Below are positions 23,905-36,541 of a stretch of DNA of 64,000 bases, piece after piece (position 1 is the stretch's first letter; each line of letters begins with the position of its first letter). This DNA is from Octopus vulgaris (taxonomy: Eukaryota). Location of the stretch: assembly GCA_951406725.2 (NCBI GenBank), contig OX597814.1:164238001-164302000 (forward strand). Reading direction: 5' to 3'. A program made the position numbers and the translations under genes. The notes below the pieces were generated by a model, which saw nothing but the letters and a program-made list of their open reading frames with translations, was not told where the DNA came from and made no database searches.

Positions 23905-24699
23905 CAACCACTTGAAAGAGATTGGAAAAACAAAAATACTTGAGAAATGGGTGCCGTAAGGCAACCCCCCCCCCACCAAAAAACGCCGTTTTGAAGTGTC
24001 TTCCCTTCTTTTACGCTTCAAGAACGACCCGTTTCTCGGCCGGATTGTGACTTACGATGAAAAGTGAATTCTTTACGACAACTGGCGGCGCTCAGCTCAG
24101 TGGTTGGACGCCGACGAAGCTCCACGGCACTTCCCGAAGCCAAAGTTGCATTAAAAGAAGTTCATGGTGACTGTTTGGTGGTCTATGACCGGTCTCATCC
24201 ATCATAGCTTTTTGGATCTAGGCGAAACCATTACGACAGAGAAGTACTGTCAGCAAATGGATGAAATACATAAGAAACTCCGACAACAGCCAGCATTGGT
24301 CAATAGAAAAGGACCAATTCTTCTCCACGACAACGCTCGACTGAACGTCGCACAACTGATCCTGCAGAAGTTGAACGAATTGGGCTACGAAACTCTACCT
24401 CATCCGCTATACTCACCAGACCTCTCGTCTACCGACTACCACTTTTTGAAACATCTCGGCAACTTCCTCCGTGAGAAATGCTTCAAAAACTAAGACGATG
24501 CCAAACACGCCTTCAACAACTTCATCACCACCAGAACGCAGGATTTTTACGCTACTGGCATAAATAAACTTGTTTTGCGTTGGCAAAAGTGTGTTGATTC
24601 TGATGGTGCTTATTTCAATTGATAAAGTTCTGTCTGAGCTGAGATATGTGCATCTGAATTTAAAGGTTAAACACTGCAAGAACTTTCTTGACAACCTAA
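23905..24699 (+). mobile_element. 5'-truncated mariner (DD34D) transposase relic
   Basis: EKWVP, IVTYDEK*ILYDN, MVTVWW, LLHDNAR, HPLYSPDLSSTDYH, with stops. Right TIR gaactttcttgacaacctaa followed by TA at 24700-24701. Confidence 0.92.
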
Positions 24700-24809
24700 T
24701 ATTCGTTATACTATAAAGTATACTAAACATTTTTGAAAGTCAGCACCACGATCTACTTGTGTTAACAGTGCGGTTTACATTATTTGTTAAGATTATTTTT
24801 ACAGATATG

Positions 24810-25137
24810 CGTGACATCTTGGGAAAGTGTCTTCTACTATAGCCTCGGGCCGGCCAAAGCCTTGTGAGTGGATTTGGTAGACGGAAACTGAAGGAAGCCC
24901 GTCGTATATATGTATATATGTATGTGTGTATGTGTTTGTCCCCCAACATCGCTTGACAACCGATGCTGGTGTGTTTACATCCATGTAACTTAGCGGTTCG
25001 GCCGAGAGAGCGATAGAATAAGTACTAGGCTTACACAGAATAAGTCCTGGGGTCGATTTGCTCGACTAAAGGCGGTGCTCGAGCATGGCCACAGTCAAAT
25101 GACTGAAACAAGTAAAAGAGTTAAAGAGTAAAAGAGA
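24810..25137 (+). mobile_element. SINE family A, 5' truncated
   Basis: Family A body and tail. Confidence 0.9.
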
Positions 25138-25534
25138 TATTCTATAAAAATTATAGCTAGTACTGATTTTTGCTACTGTGTTTCGTATATATTTTTATAT
25201 GAACTTCCACTATGAACTATATATAAACTCTTTAACATAAGCATCTAAATCTGAACAGCTGATAATATACTTTTTGATAATGATTATTACTTAGTAATGT
25301 GTAAAATGCAGTGATGGTAATTTTTGTTTTTTGAATATAGGTATACAAAATTAATTATATCTCAGATATTATAGCTTGGAATTGGAGCCATTTACTACAT
25401 TATATGAAGAACATTCACCACACACACATTGTCAAAATATACAAGAATATGCATTAATTAATCACCATGTACTAAAACCAATATCAATGATAAATACGTC
25501 TTTATGGTAGCAACTTCGCGGTGCTATATATACA

Positions 25535-25931
25535 CTAGCAGTATCGCCCGGCGTTGCTTGGGTTTGTTTTGACCCTTTAGAATTGGAATTTTTGAAAAGT
25601 AAAAATTTTGCATTATGTAGCTTGTTATTCTCTTTAAATGAACATTTTTTTCTGGTTGAAATACACCGAAAAGTGGCGACACAGCAATCAAAAAATCGTA
25701 AAAAAATAGGGATTTTCATAGGAAAAAAGCACCTTTTTGATGTAAATAATTTTTGGTGTTAACATGGTCCGATTTGAATTTTTTCTTCTTCGGAAGGAAG
25801 AGCAAACCTTCTTCTATCATACTCTCAATTTTGGTCAACTTGCGCCGCAGGGTCTCGGAGGAGATAGTGTTAGTTGAAGGCTACCAAACCTACCATACAC
25901 AGACAACTTCAGTTTTATATATAGAGAGAGA
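25535..25931 (-). mobile_element. Non-autonomous Helitron
   Basis: Minus strand A|TCTCTCTATATATAAAACTGAAGTTG...cccaagcaacgccgggcgatactgCTAG|T. Confidence 0.85.
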
Positions 25932-25932
25932 T

Positions 25933-26282
25933 TAATACACGCACATTTAAACCAAATTTTCTCAAAACAACTTGTCCGACCGTTCCATTTTGTGGCATTA
26001 TTTCAAGCCAGCGGCTTTTTTTGCGCAAACTGCAAGTGAATTTTTCTCACGTACGCGTAGTATCGATCGCAACAGCTGATGTACTTGCGCGTACAAATGC
26101 ACGTTCCCACGGCTTTATCGATCGCATTCTCACCTGGAATCGATTTTTGTAATTATTTCAAGACTTATACACGCCCTGATACCGTCGGTATCTACACATC
26201 AAATTTGAGCGCAATCGGATGAAGGATGCCCGAGATCCTAGAAGACACACAGAGACAGACAGAACGGATTTTATATAATAGA
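25933..26282 (-). mobile_element. 5' part of a second Helitron-like element
   Basis: Minus strand A|TCTATTATATAAAATCCGTTCTGTCTGTC...ccgattgcgctcaaatttg. Confidence 0.6.
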
Positions 26283-26766
26283 TTATTCTTTACAAATTCC
26301 TGACAAAACTTAGCACATTTGATTTCTCATTTGTACCTGGTTACTTACAATATACATTCACTTACTCATATCTTACATGACGAAACAGTTACAACGTCTA
26401 GACTCGGGAAGATGCCAACTTATGACATAAAGTCGAATGTTCGTACCTTATCATTGGCAGTAGATACCTTCATTATCAGTAGATCAGCCCACTTACCTGC
26501 ACAGACACATTTAATTTCTATAAGCAATAGGAGTGCAGCATAACTAAGGGGTGTCTCATTACCCGGCATAACTGAACTTAAATACTCCACTCAGCTAAGC
26601 TATGTGTTCATTTCTCAGTTCCAAAACCGACACTTCGTCACTGTAACATTGACTAGTAATAGAAAGCTAAAACAGATTGCTGACACATACATACAAGATT
26701 CATGCTGAAAGTAGTTGTCATTTCATCAGATCTTTGGTAAGTTTTTGTAAATATTAACTATATATA

Positions 26767-26944
26767 GGAGTGGCTGTGTGGTAAGTAGCTTGTTTACCAA
26801 CCACATGGTTCCAGGTTCATTTCCACTGCTTGGCATCTTCGGCAAGTCTCTTCTACTATAGCCTCGGGCCGACCAAAGCCTTGTGAGTGGATTTGGTAGA
26901 CAGAAACTGAAGGAAGCCCGTCGTATATATGTATATATATATAT

Positions 26945-26999
<55 letters not shown>

Positions 27000-27207
27000 T
27001 GTGTCTGTGTTTGTCCACCCAACATCGTTTGACAACCGACGGGGGTGTGTTTACGTCCCCGTAATTTAGCGGTTGGGCAAAAGAAACCGATAGAATAAGT
27101 ACTAGGCTTACAAACAATAAGTCCTAGGGTCGATTTGCTCGACTAAAGGCGATGCTCCAGCATGGCCGCAGCCAAATGACTGAAACAAATAAAAGTGTAA
27201 AAAGAGA
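26767..27207 (+). mobile_element. SINE family A
   Basis: Full family A with long internal (TG)n. Confidence 0.92.
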
Positions 27208-27324
27208 TATTGCAGAAAACTATTGAGTAGATTAGTTCAATGATTATAGTTCAATGTTAGTGAGAATCAGTATCCAAACACCCAACAGATTACAAAACAT
27301 ACATATATATATTATTATAAATAA

Positions 27325-27537
27325 GCCTTTCTACAAGAGGCACAAGGCTTGAAATTTTGGGATAGGGGGCTAGTTGATTATATCGACCCAAGTGCAACTG
27401 GTACTTATTTTATGAGCTTCGAGAAAATGGAAAGCAAAATCAACCACGGCGAAATTTGAATCCAGAACAGAGAAAACCGGAAAAAATACCGCTGAGGATT
27501 TTGACCTATGCACCAACGATTCTGCTCACTGGCTGTC
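27325..27537 (-). mobile_element. SINE family B (diverged, alternative tail)
   Basis: ggcacaaggcttgaaatttt...actggtacttatttt...gattctgc. Confidence 0.7.
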
Positions 27538-27889
27538 TTAATATCTAACTATAATGATAATCATGACATTTATCATGATTACTTTCTTTGTACCCATTTC
27601 AGTCAAACAACTAAAGAACAAATAACAGAGATTCGACAGTCGTTTCTAAATGACTTTTTCCATCAACCAACCAGCCTGTCTGTTTTAAGTCTCTAATTAA
27701 TGCTTGCACAGATACCTGTCTAGATGTCTCACGTATGAAAAACTATGGACATCATCTCTTCACCCACTTGCCTTATTGTTAGTAAATAGATTTCTCCCTC
27801 TGATACTCTACAAAATCTCGCAGTCAAACAACTACAAGATGCTAGACGATTAAACTGAGGACTGCCTCCTCATTCCACCCTTTATTTAT

Positions 27890-27926
27890 TTATTTATGTA
27901 TGTATGTATGTATGTATGTATGTATG

Positions 27927-27957
<31 letters not shown>

Positions 27958-27992
27958 TAATAATAATAGTAATAGTAGTAGTAGTAGTAGTG

Positions 27993-28051
<59 letters not shown>

Positions 28052-28062
28052 TATAATAATAA
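27890..28062. repeat. Compound (TATG)n-(TAA)n-(TAG)n microsatellite
   Basis: Directly visible. Confidence 0.95.
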
Positions 28063-28323
28063 TGATTATACATATAAAATGCAAGAACACTCTGCAGAAT
28101 GCGATAGTTAATAAAAAAATCTTTCTGTGAAGCTCGGTACCAAATGTCTTGAGATCTAGAAGACATCTGAAAGTTAAAAGAAGTTTCCTTAGGACACTAA
28201 GAGTTCCAGGTTGTGTCTAAAATAGTGTTTTAGTCCATCACAAATATGCGTTACCATGGATGTCTCTAGATACCCGAAAAATAATCGAAAATACTTGTAT
28301 AAATTATTGTCAATATTGTAGGG

Positions 28324-29243
28324 CAGGAGTCACCAAACTACGGCCCGCGAGGTCAGTTCATCCGGCCTGCCGCCGCAATGTACCTTTTGTGTAAATACCT
28401 GCAATGGGAGTTCATTTGCCTCTGGTATGGCGTCAGTGTTTGGAACAATTTCTGTCTGTGAGCAAACATTTTCAAAGATGAAGTCTGTGGAGTCAGCACA
28501 TCGAAAGAGGTTGACGGATGAAGATTTGAAAGCAACTCTCTTGATTGGATGCAGCAATTCCAAAGCTAATATTGGTGATATCATCGAGTTAAACACAAGT
28601 TTCACAAATCTCCCTAAACTTTTTTGCTGTTTAGTTTGTGAGATTCGGATATGTGCGCACTGGGTGTGATATAACTATCTTATTGCTAACGTCGCCTTCT
28701 TTGATAATTTTAATGGCAAATAAATATGCGCAGGAGTGGCAGTGTGGTAAGTAGCTTGCTTACGAACCACATGGTTCCGGGTTCAGTCCCACTGCGTGGC
28801 ACCTTCGGCAAGTGTCTTCTACTATAGCCTCGGGTCGACCAAAGCCTTGTGAGTGGATTTGGTAGACGGAAACTGAAAGAAGCCTGTCGTATATATGTAT
28901 ATTTATATGTGTGTGTGTTTGTGTGTCTGTGTTTGTCCCCACCAACATCGCTTGACAACCGATGCTGGTGTGTTTACGTCCCTGTAACATAGCGGTTCAG
29001 CAAAATAGACCGATAGAATAAGTACTAGGCTTACAAAGAATAATCCTGGGGTCGATTTGCTCGACTAAAGGCGGTGCTCCAGCATGGCCACAGTCAAATG
29101 ACTGAAACAAGTAAAAGAGTAAAGAGAGAGTATGTTGGTTGTCTTATTTTTTTGTGTATTCACAGTATTGTATTGAATGACGGCCCGCGCTCGTCACTCT
29201 CTCAGTTATCTGGCCCGCCGTGAAAAAAATCTAGTGAATCCTG
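28324..29243 (+). mobile_element. Internally deleted Buster/SPIN-type hAT transposon, interrupted by a SINE
   Basis: TIRs caggagtcacca / tagtgaatcctg with subterminal ggcccgc. 8-bp TSD ttgtaggg (28316-28323) / ttacaggg (29244-29251). ORF 28427-28669 SVFGTISVCEQTFSKMK...HRKRLTDEDL matches the hAT C-terminal dimerisation domain. Confidence 0.85.
28727..29130 (+). mobile_element. SINE family A nested in the hAT element
   Basis: Full family A sequence. Confidence 0.92.
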
Positions 29244-29256
29244 TTACAGGGGATAA

Positions 29257-29670
29257 AGGCGGTGAGCTGGCAGAATCGTAACCGCGCCGAAATTACTTAG
29301 CGTCATTTCTTCTGGCTTCACGTTCTCAATTCAAATGCCGCCGGTTTCGATATTTCCTTTCATACCTTTCGGGGTCAATAAAATAAGGACCACTTGTGTA
29401 CCCCTTCCCCAAAATTCGCTGGCCTTGTGCCAAAATTTGATACCACCATTAAAGCGGGCGAACTGGAAGAAACGTTAGTGCACCGGGCAAAATGCTTAGC
29501 GGAAATTCTTCCGACTTAACGTTTTGAGTTTGAATTCCGCTGGCGTCCACTTTGCCTTTTATCCTTCTGGGGTCGATAAAATAAGTACCAGCTGAGTACT
29601 GGGTTCCATGTAATCGACTTACCTCCCCCTTCCGAAATTGCTGGCCTTGTACCAAAATTTGAAGCCATTG
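29257..29670 (+). mobile_element. Two consecutive SINE B copies (alternative tail)
   Basis: Heads ggcggtgagctggcagaatcg (29257) and gcgggcgaactggaagaaacg (~29453), tails ggccttgtgccaaaattt. Confidence 0.8.
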
Positions 29671-29908
29671 TTATTGGGAAGACATTCGTGTTGCAAGGTT
29701 AAGCGAGGGAACGAGAGGATTGTTTACTACGGAATTTGAAGTAGTTTTCATTTTATAATCGGAACACGTAACTAGATAGAATGGTGTGCAATGTTGCAGA
29801 ATTGACACTGAAGAGAAGTAAGGGGTAATGTAGGAGTCAGATGAAGAGATAGAGAGGGTGTTTTAGAAATGAATATAAAACAGGATGATCCGGTTTGGAG
29901 AATGTCAC

Positions 29909-30041
29909 AAGCGCACGCACGCGCACGCACGCGCACGCACGCGCACGCACGCACGCGCACGCACGCGCACGCACGCACGCGCACGCACGCGCACGCACGC
30001 ACGCGCACGCACGCACGCGCACGCACGCACGCACGCACGCA

Positions 30042-30116
<75 letters not shown>

Positions 30117-30214
30117 ACGTGAAAACATCATCACGAAGCATACATGTACGTATGTACACACATCTTTCAAGCAGCCGGTTTGTCTCTTTCTATACATTTA
30201 CATTCCTCACTGCA

Positions 30215-30280
<66 letters not shown>

Positions 30281-30334
30281 CATACATACATGCATGCATG
30301 CATACATACATACATACATACATACATACATACA

Positions 30335-30368
<34 letters not shown>
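29909..30368. repeat. Compound (GCAC/GC)n-(CA)n-(TATC)n-(CATA)n microsatellites
   Basis: Directly visible. Confidence 0.95.
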
Positions 30369-30372
<4 letters not shown>

Positions 30373-30379
30373 AATATTA

Positions 30380-30606
30380 GGGAGTAAATCCAAACTTCCC
30401 TGTAAGTTTGGATTTACACGAAAAAACAAAAGACGAAGACAGGTGGTATAGAAAACAAACAGATGTATTAGTATAACGCTCAGGAATTGAAAAAGTCTTT
30501 TACATTTCGAGCCTACGCTCTTCTACAGAAAGGGACACAGAAAAAAAAACAAGGAGAGAAACAAGGAGAGAAAAAATGTGTGTAGTGGCTACCGATCTAT
30601 CATGGC
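30380..30606 (-). mobile_element. Penelope-like terminal fragment with hammerhead-like variant and terminal hairpin
   Basis: Minus strand cttt-CUGUAGA-A-GAGC(guag)GCUC-GAAA-UG-UA-aaag at ~30497-30532. Hairpin gtaaatccaaactt/aagtttggatttac at 30384-30417. Homologous to 49321-49496. Confidence 0.6.
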
Positions 30607-32297
30607 ATATATATTCATGTATGCATGAATAACGATATATTCATCTAATCACAAGTGATTTGTGATCTTTATTGATCATACTAAGTTTGTAATCACACAA
30701 ATAATCACACAAGTAGATACTAGTGATTCACTAAAAAAAATGGGTTGTGGGAAGCGGCCGTTTTTTAGTGAAGGGTTATAAAAAATACAACTGAAAATAC
30801 TTTTGCGGTAAGGAAAAGGCAATATCAGTTATCAATATATATAGATACGCCCTGTGTCATCAATATAAATTCAATCCGCTATATGTATTTGTATTTACTT
30901 TTATTCCACTATCAATTGTTTTAATTCATATATCTTTCTATATTCTATTATTACCTTTTATATTCATCTTACCGGGGACTAACATTTATTCAATTTTAGC
31001 CTATTTACTTATTACACAGCATGCATGTATTTCTTGATTTAAATAGAACAAAAATAGAAATAATTTGAAATTACAGATTGGAAATTGTAAAGGACAAAGT
31101 GCATTGGTGCTGCCTCGTGTCTATGCAAGAAATACTGTTCTTCGGGAACTTTTGCAGTGAATGTAAATAATAATGCTTATTTTATACATCTGTAGCTTTT
31201 GCACGGAATGTGTCAAATATGTTATAAATATGCATTTAGAAAACGTATGTAACCTGTTTATAAGATCATGTACCTATGTGTTAATATATACGTACTTTGG
31301 AATTTTGAATACATATACATTTGTGAATTTAGTTAGAGCATTTACAGTAGAAAATAGTCCCATTGCGTGCCACATAGACTTTTTAATGATATATTTCTTG
31401 TACTCCTGGTCTAGTTCCTCATAAAGTTTTTCTTCCAAGTATCCCATGACTATATTTCATGTGTTGGCTTATTGCAGTCTTATGTATTGTAGTCTGCACC
31501 TAGAGTGAGATGGAGGTCATTTCTCCGTATGTTCTAGGGTAACCAGAAATTCGATACCTGAGTCCGGTTCCTCTGGAATTGGTATCTGTTTGTTTTCGAT
31601 TTCTTCGTATTTTGTTATTGTTGTGGTTTCGCTTTCATAATGAATTTTTCTCCATAGTTTTTTTTACAGTTAGTGGTAGACATAGACATATTTCTAAACA
31701 CATGAACTCATAAGCACACATACGCACACACAGACACACACATATATAATTAAATTTTCATAGAACCTTTTATATTCCCTCTGGCACCCAAGAAAAAGAA
31801 AAATGGAGAAAACGGAAAAAGAAAAGACAAAAAAGCGAAAAAACAAAATTGCTCTCAATGATGACCGCACCGCATCCTAAAACCGATTTCTTGGAGAAGT
31901 CACCATCCGTGAACCCATTTCAATAGAATGGTAAATTACTAAATAAATAAATAAATTAATTAATTAATTAATAAATTAATAAATAAATGTAAGTAAAAAT
32001 TGAAGGGTGGTCCTTTCCTCCACCTTCTGTCCGTCTATCTATCTATCTCCATAGTCCTGGAACTTCACCCCCCCCCCCAAGCAAAACCCCAAAAACAAAA
32101 ACAATGTTCTTCTCTTCTAAACAAAACAGATCAAAACAACAAAAAAAATCTGTTTTATATACATAAACCTGTTTGTAAATTCACAAAAATATGTTGACAA
32201 GTTCGAAAAACGAACGAAAGTGCTTATAATAATGACTAAATAAAAAAAAAAATTCTTTTCCCAAAATTCTGGCGACCTCCTCTTTTCTCAATATCTA

Positions 32298-32419
<122 letters not shown>

Positions 32420-32423
32420 CTCA

Positions 32424-32630
32424 TATGTGTGTGTGTGTGTGTTTGTGCATTTCTGTGTTTGTCCCTGCCACCGCTTGACAACTGGTGCTTTTTTGTTTAC
32501 GTCCCCGTAACTTAACAGTTCGGCAAAACGAGACCGATAGAAACAAACTGGCGTCGACTTGTTCGACTAAACCCTTGAAGGCGGTGCCCCAGCATGGCCG
32601 CAGTCTAATGACTGGAACAAATAAAAGATA
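32424..32630 (+). mobile_element. SINE family A 3' half
   Basis: tttgtccc...gcttgacaac...cagcatggccgcagtc. Confidence 0.8.
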
Positions 32631-32867
32631 ACGAATGTAGAATAACGAGTAACTCACTGACTACAACATGTACATATTTAAAATAACAAAATGTATATAA
32701 TATTTAAGGGTAAGATATCATTTTTTACTTCCCTGTTGATTTGACATTTTTATATACATCCTCATACTTTCATCAGCAACTTTCATCATGAACATTTTAC
32801 AACAAACCCTCCGTTATTATTGACATCTCGTGTACATTAGTTAACATTTTATTTTAAATAGTTTTGA

Positions 32868-33080
32868 AGGCGGCAAGCTGGGAGAATCGTTAGCACGCCG
32901 GGCGAAATGCTTAGCGGCATTTCGTCTGCCGTTACGTTCTGAGTTTAAATTCCGCCGTGGTCGACTTTTCCTTTCATCCTTTCGGAGTCGATAAAATAAG
33001 TACCAGTTGAGTACTGTGGCCGATGTAATCGACTTACTCCCACTCCCAAATTTAGGTCTTCTGCCTATAGCAGAAATGAT
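32868..33080 (+). mobile_element. SINE family B (alternative tail)
   Basis: ggcggcaagctgggagaatcgttagcacgccgggcg. Confidence 0.85.
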
Positions 33081-33346
33081 TGTTTTTAAATGATATGATA
33101 AATGGTTTCTAATTTAGGCGCAAAGCCAGCAATTTTTGAAGGAAGAGGGTTTGTCAGGGCCATTTATTGCAGCTTTATAGATCCCCGCGAAAATAAATGC
33201 ACTGGGTCCCAGAATATTTTTTATTGACAGCAGGCCACAATATACATAGATCAGAATAGGGTCCCTTAACCCGTGAGGCCTCCGGCAACTACCCAACAAA
33301 CAGCGCACTGCCGTTGTGAAAACAAAGGGATACGAAGAGTAGATAA

Positions 33347-34220
33347 CATAATTTAGGATGCATTGAACATAGCAAAAAGACGATAAGGGTACGACTGGAA
33401 TGCCGCCGAGCGTAGGTTTGCTCGATTAGGCTCGACTTGCAATTAAGAGGCCTTGGGATTAGTCGATGCCACTGGTCCCCAGTAATGGACTGTGACTTTA
33501 TTTTTGTTGACTACAGAGGGATGAAAGGCAAAACTAACATCGGTGGTATTCGATCTCAGAACGAAAAGAATCGGAAGAAATTCCGCAAAGCATTTTTTTT
33601 TCTCGACGCTTTAACAATTCCGCTAACTCGTCGTCTTGCGCCTGGATTTTCATTAATAACATTTAATTAAAGCGAACCCAATCTGAAAAAGAAGATATAT
33701 ATTTCTTTATTGCCCACAAGGGGCTAAACATAGAGAGGACGAACAAGGACAGACAAAGGGATTAAGTCGATTACATCGACCCCAGTGTGAAACTGGTACT
33801 TTTATTTATCGACCCCGAAAGGATGAAAGGCAAAGTCAACCTCGGCGGAATTTGAACTCAGAACGTAACAACAGACGAAATACCGCTAAGCATTCCGCCC
33901 GGTGCGCTAACGTGTCTGCCAGCTCGCCGCCTTATGAAAAAGAAGATATAAGAAGGACAGTGGTCGCCTTTCGATATAAATAAACTCTACTAAATGTATT
34001 GAGTACTTTTTCTCTCGTTTGGTCACTCTACATGCTAGAAATAGCAGCTGAATCTGCAACAAATAGTACGCTACCGTCGTAAAAATAAAATGGGATAAAG
34101 AAAAGGGACACGAATGATATTATAATTCAGGGTGCACTGAGCATAGCAAAAAGACGATAAGGGCACGACTGGAATGCCGCTGAGCGTAGGTCTGCTCGAT
34201 TAGGCTCGACTTGCAGTTAA
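33347..34220 (+). repeat. ~100-bp direct repeat pair (33347-33446 and 34122-34220)
   Basis: ataatttaggatgcattgaacatagcaaaaagacgataaggg...ttaggctcgacttgca.ttaa occurs twice. Confidence 0.85.
33700..33932 (-). mobile_element. Full SINE family B with perfect 16-bp TSD
   Basis: tgaaaaagaagatata at 33684-33699 and 33935-33950. Confidence 0.93.
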
Positions 34221-34381
34221 ACAACACAAAAGTACACACGTACACATGCAAAACAACACATATACATACATATACACATCCATACATATACATACATACA
34301 TATATATGTATATATATATATACATATACACACACACACATATACACATATCCACACTCAGGAACATACTCATACACATGC

Positions 34382-34433
<52 letters not shown>

Positions 34434-34650
34434 TGTGAGGTGGTGGTGAAATACGCGAAATATGAAGATAAAGAGGAGCGAAAGGAAATAGACACAAACA
34501 CACACACACTCATACACATACACACTCATACACATACACACACTCATACACACACACATACATACACGTACTCATGTATACACACTAACTTCATACCCAC
34601 ACATACTTTCACATGCATACATACATACACATACATACTCAAAGGAAGAA

Positions 34651-34714
<64 letters not shown>

Positions 34715-34799
34715 GAGAAGGAGGAGAGAATAAAGAAGGAGACAGTCACACCTTGTATTATTATTCTTTCAAACTTGAAGGATTGGTAATAATTTCATC

Positions 34800-35245
34800 C
34801 AGTACCAAATATTTCGACGAGACTCTTCTCAATTGGCTGATTGGTTTTTTTTTAAAGAGGTTGGCCCATTGATAAAAACTTAACAACAATATCTATTAAC
34901 GTCATTTGATAACCAACAGCTTTGCCGTAATCTTCTTTCACATGGTTGGCAGTCGCCAAACATTGGCACGTGCGATGGAAGAATTCTTGTGAATCCGGGC
35001 TGGCATTTCACGCGCTGGTTTTTGTTTGATGAACAAATAGCAGAGTGCAGGAAGTAAAATCAGTGACTATCAGGACGATAAAAATACGCACACATTTATA
35101 TAAATATAACCTTGGTGAATATAAAGGTTTTTGTTTATATCTGTGAAAAAAAAAAAAAAGAAGCTAATTTTTATCGTTTGCTTCTGAAAGAAACAGAAGA
35201 ATATACAACAAGGACAAAGCGAAAAACAAAAGAATTAAGGTAAGT
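34800..35245 (+). promoter_or_regulatory. Candidate promoter and non-coding first exon ending in a strong donor
   Basis: Unique non-repeat stretch with several ATTGG (reverse CCAAT) boxes, CACGTG and retained CpGs, ending in AAG|GTAAGT at 35239/35240. Confidence 0.35.
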
Positions 35246-35567
35246 GGTAAAGTAGAGAGATTTTATGATGGGAATCTGCATTTTCGACTGTTGTGTTTTG
35301 CTTGTTACATTTGGAATTTTTAACATTTATGTATGCAAAAAAAAGAAAAAAAAGGAAAGAAAATGGAGCGAAAAAATAAGTTTTCCAAGTACATTACACT
35401 TGGATGTGTGCATACGTTACATATATACATATGCGTATACAAATACATACATACAAACGCACATATACGCACTCATATAGACAAACATATATATGTCTAC
35501 ATGAATGCAAGTGTATGTATGTATGTATGTATGTATGCGTGTGTGTAGGTGCATATATATATATATG

Positions 35568-35784
35568 TATTTCTTTACTAAACACAGAGGGGACAAGCAA
35601 GGACAGACAAACGGATTAAGTCGATTATATCGACCCCAGTACGTAACTGGTACTTATTTAATCAACCCCGAAAGGATGAAAGGCAAAGTCGACCTCGGCG
35701 GAATTTGAACTCAGAACGTAGCGGCAGACGAAATACCGCTAAACATTTCGCCCAGCGTGCTAACGTTTCTGCCAGCTCACCGCC
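35568..35784 (-). mobile_element. SINE family B
   Basis: tatttctttact...ctgccagctcaccgcc. Confidence 0.9.
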
Positions 35785-36080
35785 ATAGCACATATATATA
35801 TGAATATATATAGATAGATATATGTGTGTATACACACACAGACACACAAATATATATATACACACACACTAACATATATATAGATATATGTATGTATATT
35901 TTACATGTACATCTGCAAATATATACATACACATATACACACTATGCATATTTGATATTCATACTATAGCATGCACTGAAACATAAACATAAAAATAATG
36001 ATATATATAACAGAGATACTACTTTATATATGATGTATATGTGATGCATATTCATACATAGGTGCTAACATATACATGCA

Positions 36081-36122
<42 letters not shown>

Positions 36123-36371
36123 GTATGAATGTAAGTACGAATGTATGTATGTATGTATGTATGTATGTATGTATGTATGTATGTATGTATGTATGTATGT
36201 ATGTATGCATGTATGTATGTTAATATGTATGTATGTATGAATGAATATGCATATCACATATATGATTTTGTATTTGATTTCGTATTTCATGTTGTTTACA
36301 CAGTTGGTGACGTCCTGTACCCATATATTCATATATATATGTATATATATATATGTGTGTGTGTATATATG

Positions 36372-36412
<41 letters not shown>

Positions 36413-36470
36413 ATATAAACATATATATACATATATACATATATACAAATATGTATATATATATACATAC

Positions 36471-36534
<64 letters not shown>

Positions 36535-36541
<7 letters not shown>

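Noticed and set aside
24164-24493. Domesticated SETMAR-like or GTF2IRD2-like host genes (also 28427 and 49797)
   Set aside because: Stops, truncations and transposon context (TIR/TSD at 24699 and 28324) indicate transposon relics.
26726-27117. Recurrent ORFs with YDGLLSVSVYQIHSQGFGRPEAIVEDTC or RRASFSFRLPNPLTRLW
   Set aside because: Antisense translations of SINE family A, found at every copy.
31400-31650. Possible highly decayed LINE fragments (also ~40620-41400 and ~51900-52760)
   Set aside because: Only faint motif resemblance, too degraded to call without a profile search.
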